Assembly (NCBI GenBank): GCA_951406725.2
Contig: OX597821.1
Span: 3,534,001 to 3,598,000, forward strand
Direction: 5' to 3'
Source: Octopus vulgaris
Lineage: Eukaryota
DNA: 64,000 bases
The notes below the pieces were generated by a model. It made no database searches, was not told the origin of the DNA, and saw only the letters and a program-made list of their open reading frames with translations. Both the position numbers and the translations under genes were made by a program. This document shows positions 1 through 13,220 of this stretch, piece after piece. How positions within the stretch are numbered: the first letter of the stretch is position 1; each line of letters starts with the position of its first letter.

Positions 1-552
1 ATATAATCATTGAAATTAGATTCTAAAATTGATTCCAATATGAGCACGTTAAAAGCCATAAGACCTATAATAGATTCCATGTTCATCCAACCTCTTCTTT
101 TCTACAAACGGATTCAATTTTGGTTGAATACATTAACAACCACTAAATTATCGGATGGAATCACAAAGAAATATTTTCCAACTTATGTGGTCAATATTTG
201 AATATATGTTGTACTTCCAACTATTATTTGCCAATAATATCTGAAATAAATTGTTTTATAACAGCTTTCGAATATTCACGTGTATGTACATGAACATATT
301 TTACTGTATAACACGTCAATATTTCAATAATGGTTTGTATTACAGATTATTACCACTAGCAATACGAGAATGTAATATTGTTGCTATGCACATGTGTGTG
401 TACGACTTTGTTTCTGCACATGCCTGGTGTGGCACCTGAATAAGTTTTACTAGTAAACCTTGCAAATGCCAATATACGTAAATATAATTTATGCTTGATT
501 TCTCTGTTTTGTACCGGAATGAACTTATAATATTTTGCCCTCACATATATAT

Positions 553-887
553 ATTTACTGTCCACAAGGGGCTAAACATAAAAGGGACAAACAAGGACAG
601 CCAAAGAGTTTAAGTCCATTACATAGACCCCAGTGCAAAACGACAGACGAAATACCTATTTCTTTACTACCCACTAAGGGCTACACACAGAGGGGACAAG
701 CAAGGACAGACAAACGGATTAAGTCGATTATATCGACTCCAGTGCGTAAATGGTACTTAATTTATCGAACCCGAAAGGATGAAAGGCAAAGTCGACCTCG
801 GCGGAATTTGAATTCAGAACGTAACGGCAGAGGAAATACGGTTACGCATTTCGCTCGGCGTGCTAACTTTTCTGCCAGCTCGCCGTC
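553..887 (-). mobile_element. SINE family D (Nin/Deu-domain-like), full copy 655-887 plus tandem partial 553-650
   Basis: Minus strand reads ggcgagctggcagaaa..gttagcacgccg..ttctgaattcaaattccgccgaggtcgactttgcctttcatcctttcggg; similar copies at ~26760, 32120, 43910, 48600. Confidence 0.85.
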
Positions 888-994
888 TTTTTTGCCCTCA
901 CATATAGTTAATATATGGATACATTCTCTACTACAAAATATTTTACACCACACTATCTCAAACTTTTAAAGCCAGGACATTTTCAGCACCGCCT

Positions 995-1025
<31 letters not shown>

Positions 1026-1026
<1 letters not shown>

Positions 1027-1242
1027 CTCTTTACTCTTTTACTCTTTTACTTGTTTGAGTCATTTGACTGCGGCCATGCTGGAGCACCGCCTTTAGTCGA
1101 GCAAATCGACCCCGGGACTTATTCTTTGTAAGTCCATTACTTATTCTATCGGCCTCTTTTGCCGAACCGCTAAGTGACGGGGACGTAAATACACCACCAT
1201 CGGTTGTCAAGCAATGCTAGGAGGAAAAACACAGACACACAA

Positions 1243-1283
<41 letters not shown>

Positions 1284-1438
1284 CATATATACGACAGTCT
1301 TCTTTCAGTTTCTGTCAACCAAATCAACTCACAAGGCATTGGTCGGCCAGGGGCTATAGCAGAAGACACTTGCCCAATATGCCACGCAGTGGGACTGAAC
1401 CCTAAACCATGTGATTAGTTAGCAAGCTACTTACCACA
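1026..1438 (-). mobile_element. tRNA-derived SINE family A with internal (TA)/(TG) microsatellite
   Basis: Head tgtggtaagtagcttgct..ggttcagtcccactgcgtggc (A/B-box-like) and tail ggcggtgctccagcatggccgcagtcaaatgact..(gtaaaaga)n; many copies in window. Confidence 0.9.
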
Positions 1439-1474
1439 TATATATATATGCATTTTCAAAATGTATGTATGTGT

Positions 1475-1773
<299 letters not shown>

Positions 1774-1824
1774 GTTTAAATATTTGTTGCGCAAGATTTT
1801 TTATGTGAAGTCGTGTGTTGAAAC

Positions 1825-2011
1825 ATATATTGTTATATTTCGGAATGGTCATATTGCCAGTTTAGCCAATAAAAACACACGCACTATATATTAAGATTAA
1901 GATTAATGTAAAGAATAAATATCACTGAAGCAAAATAACACCAAATATATAGTGCGTGTGTTTTTATTGGCTAAACTGGCAATATGACCATTCCGAAATA
2001 TAACAATATAT
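1825..2011. repeat. Inverted repeat, ~68-bp arms (1825-1892 / 1944-2011), ~51-bp spacer
   Basis: atattgttatatttcggaatggtcatattgccagtttagccaataaaaacacacgcactatat and its reverse complement. Confidence 0.9.
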
Positions 2012-2296
2012 ATATATATATATATAATACATATATTACACACATCCATAAATGAGTGTATTATGCTATTACACACACCACATATACACATATGTGCGTA
2101 TTATATGACGAAGAGTGTGGACTTTTCAACGAATTGATTTCTAACATTGAAAAACGATGAATCTCCTAAGCATGTGCTACTTTTAGTTCATATATCACAT
2201 ATCTTTTACTTTGGGTTAAGAGAATGGGTGCTCAACAATGATAAAAGCAGTGGCACCTAATTTTTTGTTGGTCGTGGCTATAATTACAACATCACA

Positions 2297-2669
2297 TTGG
2301 CAATCCGTCGGTTACCACGACGAGGGTTCCAGTTGATCCGATAGGAACAACCTGCTCGTAAAATTAACCTGCAAAGTTGATGAGCACTACACAGACAGAT
2401 GTACCCTTAACGTCATTCTCGGGGAGATTCAGCGTGAAACAGAGTGTGACACGGCTGGCACTCTGAAATACAGGTACAACAGAAACAGGAAGAATGTGAG
2501 AAAAATTCGTGGTGAAAGAGTATAGCAGCGTTCGCCACAACCCTTTGCCGGAGCCTCGTCGTGCTTTAGGTGTTTACGCTCAATAAACACTCACAACGCT
2601 TGGTCTGGGAATCGAAACCGCGTTTTTACGACCGCATGGCTACTCTAACCACTGGGTCATTTCACCTCC
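2297..2669 (-). mobile_element. tRNA-derived SINE family B, long-tail variant
   Basis: Head homologous to ggcgcaatggcccagtggttagggcagcggactcgcggtc..gtttcgattcccagacc of copies at 20787, 42588, 45133. Confidence 0.8.
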
Positions 2670-3329
2670 ACACAGTATTACATAGGTACATTCACAATAA
2701 GTTTAAATTGACTAACTTAAGTTGAAATTATAAATGGGGGGGGGGGGGGGCGCTGATTAGGAGAGAGAAAGAAAGTGAAATTACAGAACTGATTTAACTC
2801 TATTTTTGAAGGAGGTAAAGAAGCTTTGTAAGTCGTTATCATATATATTTATATATATACATATTTGTACATGCATACACATATATTCACACATACATGC
2901 ATACATAAGCCTACACATATATCCATATATACATACATATATATATTCATACATACATAAACACATACATGCATACATACACACATACATACGGACGCAC
3001 ATACATATATAAATACACACAAATACACACAAAAACACACACATGCACATACGTATATGGTCTTGTGACGCATCATTTTGTACATCGGGAGCATTTATAA
3101 GTGTCTCGGAAGTAGTAGCATATGAGTGAGATTATGCGAGATTTGATGGATACTATAACGTAATTACATTGCTTACCAGAGAAAACACATTATGCATAAC
3201 CTTTTAGAAGACCTGGATTTTATATACATATCCAAGCAAAAAGATGCTCATCATCTTACTAAGAGTACATTTTCTATCCCCTCGTTTCTATTCTGTCTAG
3301 GTAATGTGTCTACTCTTGGCATAGATCCA

Positions 3330-4580
3330 AGCTTTTAAGCAACATGGTCGGATCAAATCATTGTATATATATACGGGGATTAGTTAGGAATATTTCAATA
3401 GGAATATCAAGGTTTTCAGCTAATAAAGATATCTTTGAATCACATGAATTATATTACAATAATACTTTAGCTAGTGCTGGCTCCCGAGAGAAAATTCAAT
3501 ACATACAAGACACGGACACGCAAACTCTGCTAATTCCTCCACTAATAATACACATTACACACCAACACAACGTTACAGTAAGCGAGAAGTTTCACGTCGA
3601 CAATACGGCTAAAAAAATTTGGTCATGGTAATACACTACAAACCAAAACTTATACACACAAGCAACACAATAATACTACTGCTCATAACACAATAAATTG
3701 TCCCAAACATGTACAACACACAGTACAAATAAGCCATACAACAAATATAAACATTATAATATCCTTTGGTACAACCCAATCCACTGTTCACATTTTCAAT
3801 GGAGATCGCAAAGGAATTTTTGCTTCTTTAGACAAATGTTTCTAAAAATCAAATAGATACAATTCTACTCTTTAAAGGCACACAGTGAAGGTATCATGCG
3901 CTAACTGTATTAATTTAGAGCCTCATATGCACCGCATTAATAACAATAAAATGAACCAATTGTTCAATAACCCACCTATGGGAAATATAACTTCTGACGT
4001 GCGAACTACTTCCGGCTCAACAAAAAGAAAAGGCAGGAAATGTATACAGCAAAATATCAACAAAGGGGATAAAATCCAGAATGAAAGACACCATCGGGAT
4101 GGTAACAAAAATAGTGATATGGCCAACAGGGTAACGGCGTCGGAAAATTAAATCAGAACTACCACATATCTAATAAATCTTATAAATGTTCATGCAGGGA
4201 AAACTTAAAATGTCCATTGAGGAACTTCTGTTTGAGTACGAATATTTTATATAAATGTACCGTACTCACAGGGGAAGGACAACGTTTACATTGAGGCAAC
4301 GGCTGACTCATTCAAGAATAATCATCGCAACCATGATGCCAGGTTCAAGGCATTCAACATCTTTGGCTGATTCTGTGTGATGACTTAAGATACAATCAAA
4401 TATGATTTAACTTGGTCCATAATAAGGTACGTACAACCACATAATATCCTTTTCAGGAGATGCAGATTCTGCTTCAACAAATCACTGTCTATTTTGGGGA
4501 CCAATGATAAGATCGTTTATAGAATTTCTGGATCACTCTCAAGATGCTTACATGCTTATAAATGCACTCCCGCACAATGC
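3330..4580 (+). mobile_element. Degraded Penelope-like element: RT C-terminus, linker and GIY-YIG endonuclease remnant
   Basis: Frameshifted peptides SNH..NISIGISRFSANKDIF..YNNTLASAG, NILWYNP, RHTVKVSCANCINL, KCPLRNFCLSTNILYKCTV, VYIEATADSFKNNHRNH, YDLTWSII..RCRFC resemble Penelope motifs in the expected order. Confidence 0.75.
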
Positions 4581-4998
4581 AATGGGAAATAGTCTGAGTA
4601 ATCGTTAACCAAATTTATAACTATAATTTACCTTAAGACGTGGATGAATTAAATTCAAATCTAGCCTCCCCGTTCTTATAAACACTAAGTAACTATCTAA
4701 TTCGCTGTATGAGCTTATGTGCGCCAAACCGTGCGTATGCCTATATCTTCGTGGATGTTTGTACAAGCGAGAGTACGTGCACTGTATAACCTAAACGAGG
4801 GCGTTTATACACCCATATCTCTTAACGTTTGTATTTAATACTTTTCGTAGTATTGTGCATTCGTTTCTTTGTGCATCTGTCATTTATTATTGATCATCTA
4901 CAAAAAATGCAGTCGTATTCCTTAACTTGCTACTTTTCTATACATAAACTGAGAAGATATATTGTGGAACTGTCGTTAGTTTGATAAGATGCCTCTTG

Positions 4999-5108
4999 TA
5001 ATCACCTGAAGAGACATATCTACATCATCGGATACTGCTAAACGAGTTGTCAAGTATCCCACCCGTAAAGGATCGATGTTACATGAGCCGAAACAATTGT
5101 AGTGATTA
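4999..5108 (+). ncRNA. Type I hammerhead ribozyme-like motif downstream of the Penelope remnant
   Basis: Stem I taatcac/gtgatta, core CTGAAGA (5006-5012), long imperfect stem II (acatc/gatgt, ggatact/agtatcc), GAAAC-aatt-GTA with predicted cleavage after 5101. Confidence 0.7.
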
Positions 5109-6360
5109 TTAAACATTCTTGTACCTTCCATCTTCTGTCTCTCATTACTCAAATATATATATAGATGTGTGTGTGTGTGTGTGCGTCTCTGTGTGTATAA
5201 ATAAATGTGCGCGAGAATATTTGCATAAATTAGAGACCAGGTAATCTCAACGTGAAAAAAGAACGAAAGAATATCTTTGAATATCAATCGTACGCCTTTT
5301 CGTTCATTGAAATATAGATGATTCGTTAATTTATCCTACCGTTAATCTTATGGCACCAGATTTTTCACTGTTAACATCTGAAAGGTGTGAGCAAAATTTC
5401 ATTAGGCAGTCAGTCTATCCATTTCGTTATCTCTTCATCTATTTTAATAATCTATACTATGTATCTCTCATCTGTTAACTTATGAAGAAATAGAAATTGT
5501 ACTTGCAAACTTAATAAGACAAATGGATAAAATATGAAATTGATTTTCTCACATGATTTAGCTTTGATATTATACATTATTAGACACCAATTCGAGGCAG
5601 AAAAAGAGGAATGGGTACAGTAGATTGTGTCTTTTGTTTTAATTATTCAATTTTATCTCGACAAGATAATTTCTGAAACACTCTGTGATACCAGGAGTGT
5701 CTATTCAGCAAATGTCAGATATAATGTGTCTTCTATCTCTCTTCTAAGTTTAGATGTAAAACATATTCATCATTGAATGACTTTATTATCAGAATTAGCA
5801 TAGAAATCTGAACTTCTTAAAAAAAGTGATTGATTAACTATATTCGGGAGATAAATCCGAAAGGAAGAGGCGCAATAAAAGACACTCTATAGTGAAACCA
5901 TTAGCACATTAATCTGACAAGTGATAAAAATATTAGTTCGAACGCTGTTAGAGAAATATTTCCATTGCTTTCATTATTAAATTCTGGCATCTAATATCTA
6001 GTAACACTTACATTAAAATATTAACATTTAAACGATAGCATTTTATATAAACTACAGTGTCACCTACATCATTATGTAACAGTAAATGTTATAGCTATCT
6101 GGCAGTATTTCTCATTTGCGATATCGCTGTTTACAAGGTTTAAAACACTGAAGATTAAAACCTCCGTTTGCAACTTAGTTCACAGGGAAAGCCTGAAGGC
6201 AACTTTTTTATCTTAAGTAGGGCCTTGATTACTAAAGAGTAGGTTATTTTCTCATAATATTCTTTAAAGAGAATTAGTTTCTGTGTAGAGATTTAGAGTT
6301 TCATTATTTCTGCAGTGAGCTAAAACAAATTTTACTTTTTTTTTCTTATTGCGCGCGCGC

Positions 6361-6392
<32 letters not shown>

Positions 6393-8096
6393 TCATAGTA
6401 AAATATTGTAATCAGTTTAGGTTATATTGATACCCCTTTGATTCTAATTCACATTTCACTTCATGGTAGAAGATGTAAGAAATACTAAAACATGTTTATC
6501 ACTCTTTTTGAAAGCAGGAAATCTTTCAAGTGATGCCAACACATTTTCACCCTCAATTATTAATCAAATTCATTTTGTAAACAAAGATCTATAACTGCGT
6601 AGTTTAATTGAATGCCGAGTTGCTGACTTCCCATCCTCGAAGGAACGGATTGAATATGTAAAATATTCCGCCTCCTTATTATATATTTCTTTTAACTTAA
6701 ACAATGAATATTTTCTGTATTCCTGGACTATGTAGGATAGCAATAAATACAATAAATATAATAAAAAGAAACAGGACAGGAGAAACATCAGGTTAAAAGT
6801 TAAGTCTGTAGTATTAAGGAATTCAGGAAATACATAGTTAGATGCTTTGTAAGAGATAACATACACTGTTGTTGTTATGTTTAGTCGTTATCAATCCTAA
6901 TGAAGGAAATCTATGATCAAAAGCATTCTAGTCATGATCATCCAATCGATTTAGATGTATTTAGAAATACATTATACGTATTCGTTTCTTTTTTTGAATT
7001 GTTTGTATAACAATAGGATGTTGTGGTGAAGTAAATAAGTTTGGAAAATAAAATGGTTATTTATGGAACTTGTGTATAAATTGGCAAGCCTCTTCCAATT
7101 TTGCTTTCGAAACGTAATCACAAATTAAAAAAATTCAAGTCCAGATTACATGTACTTTAATCACGAAGCCACAAATAGAAAATAGAAGAGAAACATTAAC
7201 TGTAATCGTTGTTTCAGTCATTTGACTGCGGTCATATATAGCTATATAAATATGATTAAAAAAAAAACTCAGTAAATTTCTTACACTCTATCACCATTCT
7301 CTTCACATTTTTTCCATCTACGAATATAGGTTATAAAGCTTATAATTTTTTGTCTAGTGTATACACGTTAGAATAATTTACACACTATAATTTGGTTGAG
7401 ATCTAACGAATTATTTTGAGGCGCAATATAGCATCACAAACCAGAAACCCATTAGTTAGTAACTACAAACTTTTTAAGAAACTATGTCAGTATAACTTCT
7501 AATAAACTGAAGCCTGCAAACATTTATAGAACTAAATAGATACATGTCTATTATACAGTGTGGTATTAGACATGTATAACCTAATAGGTATGTATGTATT
7601 ATATTTAAAGTAATCATGACTGCATATCCTAAGCTAAATAATGTAGCCCTCTGCACATAGAAGCAGATTAAAGAACATAAATTTTCACTTCAGTCGACTA
7701 AAAATATATTCCACAATGAAACTGATTTATTAAAAATTCCGTTAGTAATAAACAATGTTATTATGGTATATCGGCCACATATATACACATAGATTATATA
7801 CGTATAAGTATGTGTCTGTTCTTATATGTAGTGGGTTAAACACGTTGCTGTGTTAAGCAATATACTCACATGCTACAAAATGAAATTATATTAAATGAAA
7901 TCCTTTGAGCATATTAAACTTCTAACAGCTGACCTCTATCATCCTTCTTCATGTATATGAAATCATTTGATATGATATGGAGTGAGATAATTAAATGTTA
8001 ATATTAATATAATTGATGTTGCAATATATCTATATACAGCATGAATTATATACTCACACATACATCAGTCAGTCAATCAATACATAATATACATAC

Positions 8097-8157
<61 letters not shown>

Positions 8158-8461
8158 TGTGTATGTGTGTGTGTGCATGTCTCTCTGTATATAAATATAT
8201 ATATATATACATGTAAATATGCATACATATACACAAGCGCACACACTCATTTATAGATATATATACAAGTATATGTATATATTCATATACGTATTACGTA
8301 TATATATATACGTGTGTGTGTGTGTGTGCGTGTGTATGTGTGCGTGTGTGTGTGTGCGTGCGTGTGTGTGTATTTCAGTGAAATATATGAAAGTAGGGTA
8401 TATATGACCTTTTTAATAGAATGCGACAGATTTCATCAAATAAGAGTTCAGAGCAGCTCAC

Positions 8462-8560
8462 CAGGTAATCCGTTTCATGGTTTAACGTTTGTGTGAGTTA
8501 AAACAAATGTAAAAATGTATCTCAAATATAAAACATAAAAATAGAAAACGTGATTTTTTT
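8462..8560 (-). other. Candidate exon of an unidentified host gene (99 nt)
   Basis: Acceptor ttttttgtttttgttttcAG, donor CTG|GTGAGC; contains aaccATGaaacggattacctg. Confidence 0.3.
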
Positions 8561-9424
8561 CTGAAAACAAAAACAAAAAAGTTGGTTTATAAGTACTTTC
8601 CTCTGTGAAAAAAGCATTCCTTAAACTATTTTCACTCACACACCACAGGTCACCATACTTTTTACTGGTATCGCGAATACCCTTATATGCATTTGAAGCC
8701 GTACTGTATGTGTAGGTGTTGATGTGTACAAATATCTATATAAATGTTTGATGTATGCATGTGTATTCATCTTCCCATATATATATTCTTCTACTAATAA
8801 GCATTGACCTGTCCTCTAAGTAACCTAACCTATATTCCCAAATTCTTCATTCCACGATTTTACCACCCCTACTCCCTCTCTCTCTGCCCCTCACTTAGGC
8901 TCTATCACAACATACCTGACACTCTTTTACTATTTACCATCTCATCTTTTTACACTCTCATATCTTTCTCTATCACCCTCACCTCTCATTCCTTCTACCT
9001 GACACACCTTTATTCTTTATATTCTCATATTTTTCTCTCTATCACCTCCACCTCCCCATTACTTCTATCAATTTATCCTCACTGACCACTAACCAGTACA
9101 CTTTCCTTCTCTTCGTTTCTCTATAATCTCTCTCCCCGCCATTATTTTTTCCTTTCTTTTTTCCTCTCTTCCTGTTTTTGATGTGACCTTTCAAACACAT
9201 TCCCAACTTTTAAGTCACTTAAAAAAAAAATCGATTCAATAACACAGTTTACAAACTCTATGCTTGGAATGACCAATTTTAAATACTATTGGAACTTAAT
9301 CACAAGGAACAGGAATCTTATATAAATACCATTCTGCCTAAATAATGGAACTGAAGATACAATATCCCTGCATATCTCACATCTATTTTCATTCCTCAAC
9401 TTCACTCACTATTTCATATCTTAA

Positions 9425-10350
9425 CTAGTTAAGCTGTAAATGCCTGGCAATCTAGAGTCAATAAAATCTTGGAAGGCCTGTTTTACAGCATCGTCGGAAT
9501 TAAATTCGTTTCCTATCGAAAAGTTATCCAAATTCTGGAAGAAGTGGTAGTTAGTGGGGGCAAGATCAGGTGAGTATGGTGGATGATGGAGAAATTCCAA
9601 CTCCAACATTGTAGTTTCGCCAATGTCATTTTTGCGATGTGTGGTCCTGCGTTGTCTCGCAATAAAATAGGTGTGGATCTGTTGACTAATTTAGGCTAGT
9701 TATTTTTGGTAAGTTTCTGCATCATTTGGTCCGGTTGGCTTCATTATACTTTCGCCTTGATTGATGAGCCAAGTTTAATGTATGATTACATTAATGAATC
9801 ACATCTGCGCCAGACCACCAAAGCCACACCATCAGCTTCTTTTGACGATTTTTGCTTTTTGGACTGTGTTTTGCTGGCTCCCCTTTGTCCAGCCATTGTG
9901 CTGAATATCTCCGGTTATTGTATTGGATACATTTCTCATCACATGTTAAAATTCGATTAAAACACTATTCATTTTTGTAACGAGAAAGTAGCATCATGTC
10001 GGCTTCCAAACGTTGCTATTTCTGATTAACTTTTTCACTTTACCGATTTGAATTAGGTGTATCACTATTATTTGCTTGCTAACACCAAACAACCACGATA
10101 ATTCACGGGCACTTTGAAATGGATCTGACTCGACGGTGGTTTTCAGTTCGTTATCATCCACTTTTGTTTCTGGTCGACCGCGTTGCTAATTTTTGAGGTT
10201 AGATTTACCAGTGAAAATTTGCAAACACATTTGATACTGTCTACTGTGTAATAACAGGAGAATTAAATACTCCATTAATTTTCCGAGCTGTCTCTGATGC
10301 TGTATTCCCAAGAAAGGATTCATACTTCAAAATTGTACGTATTTCCGATT
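9425..10350 (-). mobile_element. Degraded mariner (Tc1/mariner) transposase remnant
   Basis: RDNAGPHIA and HPPYSPDLAPTNYHFFQNLDNF motifs; multiple stops and frameshifts. Confidence 0.85.
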
Positions 10351-10551
10351 TGTCCATCTCTAAACAAAAATAAGAAAAAAAACAAAAACATTTATAAATA
10401 ATTTCTAAGGTGAAAATGAGTTAGAATAAAGAAATAAGTGTGTCAGGTTTCTAACAAAAAATAGATTGTCACAATAAAATAAAGTCGCAAAATGAGCAGC
10501 TGTCAAAGTTTATCATATAATTTACTAAAAATTTCATACTTGACAACCTAA

Positions 10552-10868
10552 CATTATTTACATTGTTTACATTTGACGGATATTTGTCCTCGTCTTGTTT
10601 GTTAACACAACGTTTTGGTTGATATACCCTCCAGCTTTCATCAGGCGTCTTGGGGAAATTTCGAACCTGGTTTCTCATTCCTAAGATATTTTTCGATGTT
10701 AGGAATGAGAATCCAGGTTCGAAATTTCACCAAGACACACTAAAAAGGCTGGAGGGTATATCAGCCGAAACGTTGTGTTAACAACAAACAAGATGAGGAC
10801 AAATATCCGTCAAATGTAAATAATGTAAATAATGTACATAATTCCCCATCTCTTAAATATAGAACTGT
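10552..10868. mobile_element. Palindromic Penelope-derived element, two inverted copies each with a hammerhead-like motif
   Basis: Arms ~10552-10684 and 10699-10836; composite consensus gacac-CTGATGA-a-GGCTG..CAGCC-GAAA-cgtt-gtgtt. Confidence 0.7.
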
Positions 10869-11466
10869 ATTGATGACCATATATATACGCTCACAATACC
10901 TAACACACGTGTGTACGTATGCGTGTGTGTGTGTGGGTAGATGTATGCTGCATCAAAATACCGTGTATTTTTGTATGTTTCAAATATTGAGTTGCCGAAT
11001 ATCTTCCTCTGGGTCACCAAAAATAGAAATTCCCTACACCTTCTACACGTGAGATAATGATTTTATTTTCCTTGTTATTTTTGTAGTCGCTAACTGGATT
11101 TTACTTAAGATCGCTTTCATTGGAGATCCTTATGAACGAATGCACTTCAACAGTTATCCTCACGATTCTTTCATTAAAATACAATGCATCCACATCTTTT
11201 TACCTTTGAATTATTTAAGTCGACATTGGAAGAGTTTAAGGATTTTTCATTCTAATTCTAGAAAGTTTACTTCTTTCATATATGTAGAAGAGGTACGAAC
11301 AAATTATTTTAAAAATGTCATAATTAGGCATGAAATTGCTGGGACAATTTTCAGGAAAAATGTAAAAAGCATAACAGCTTTTGAACATTTTCATGTAAAT
11401 GTAAATTTCTTAATAATGACACATCACATTTTATCCGCAGAATTTTATACTAGTAATATGTATAAT

Positions 11467-12036
11467 ATTCGGTTGTCGGGAAAGTTCGTGCCGATTTATA
11501 GTAGCTTACCGTTCGACTTATTTTAGAACATAGTTGAGTCCATAAAATAGGATTTCACAACACCTTCATGTAGTGCACAGATTAAGCTATCTTTTCGTGG
11601 AAGAAGATTTATGTTCCTATAACCCGTGTTAATTCTGTAAACCTTTAAGATGATAGATACAAAAGTTCATTTTCGGAACTTGATGCTTTGGGAACCAGAA
11701 AAAAAGATGCTGCGGCTCGGCTGGGATGTGTTACCCCACCCTCCATATTCACCAGATATTGCTCATTTGGATTTCCACTTATTCAGATCTTTGCAGAATA
11801 GTCATAAAGGTAAAAATTTCAATTCCTTGGATGACGTAAAAAGATACCTTGATGAATTCTTTGCCATGAAACCACCTCAATTCTGGGAAGAGGGTATTTT
11901 CAAGTTAAAGGAAAGATAGAGACGCATTGTGCAACAAAATGGTTCATATTTGGTTGATTATAAATATAATGGCAATTATCTATTGACCTTTATCTTTCCT
12001 TTAAAAATCGGCGCGAACTTTCCGGACAATTCAATA
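11467..12036 (+). mobile_element. Internally deleted mariner element with both TIRs
   Basis: TIRs attcggttgtcgggaaagttcgtgccgattt / aaatcggcgcgaactttccggacaattcaat, TA at ends; ORF 11650-11919 has WDVLPHPPYSPDIAHLDFHLFRSLQN. Confidence 0.9.
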
Positions 12037-12131
12037 CTTGCACACACACACACACATATATGTATGTATATATATTTATAAGAGAGAGCCGGATGCATAC
12101 ATATATACCTATATATATATATACCTATCTA

Positions 12132-12194
<63 letters not shown>

Positions 12195-13220
12195 ATATAT
12201 ATATATACGCATGTGTGTATATGTGTGTATTGTATGTGTATGTATCTACTTATATATTGCATTGTATTAAATAAAAGTAGAGCGTAAAGCAGGAGCCTAT
12301 AATTACATATTTATGGATCGAGCTCATTAAACATATTTTACAAAACATGCCGAGGCTTTTACTTCAAAGTATTACGTTTCAAGCCAAAACATTTTGGATT
12401 CACTGTTTTCTTTATTTGTATGTATTTCTATAGAGTAGCTTGACAAATTACACCGTTTAATTGTCTATACAAAATATAATATTTAATTAGATGTTGCCTT
12501 ACAGATTATAATAATTTAAAACAATGGATATTTATTTTTATTTTTGATATACCTTCTAGCTGGTATTTCCAAAACAATTACAATACGAAAACAATGGAGA
12601 GAATATCATGGAAACGATATGAAATAATACATAAACTTGAATTAATTAAATCTATGCTTAAACAATATGCATTCTTATTTGTTTCGGTAATAATTGAGTG
12701 TCTATTCTGTCTAACTACAAATGCTGGGTTTATCTCTTGCAATCATAGAAATGAAATAGAGATAAATGCTTTATTTTATCTTTGTTTACGGAATTTAACA
12801 TTTGAATTAACCATGTATAATCGTTAAAACATATGCTCTGTTCAACAAAGAAGCAAAAGAAAGTAATAAAAATTTAACAATATGGGTAACATTTAATGAT
12901 GTCAAACATAATTGGAACGTCACAGATTACGTAATACGGAAGATAAATCAATTTAAACTCATCAAGTACTCACATGGCTGGTGCCTATATTGCAGCTTAC
13001 GGAAGAATGAAAACGAAATAAAACTTCTGTATGATTTGAATTCAGAAACAAATTTCTTACGAAGATCGTAAATGAAATACCTACTAAAAGAAATGTTATA
13101 CTATATCAAACTTAAATTTCTATATATAATATTTGAAGTAATGAGCCGACTCTAGATATATTCACTAAACTATAGTGAAATATCTGTCTTGGTCTATGTA
13201 TATATATTTATAAGTCTTGG

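Noticed and set aside
1-530. Possible GIY-YIG remnant (KTYSGATPGMCRNKV) on the minus strand
   Set aside because: Similarity too weak and fragmentary to call.
535-969. Recurrent peptide RKDERQSRPRRNLNSER in several ORFs
   Set aside because: Antisense translation of SINE family D, not a gene family.
4976-5287. 103-aa minus-strand ORF with an apparent CAG|GTGATT donor
   Set aside because: Better explained as the antisense of the hammerhead-like motif plus microsatellite; the acceptor is weak.
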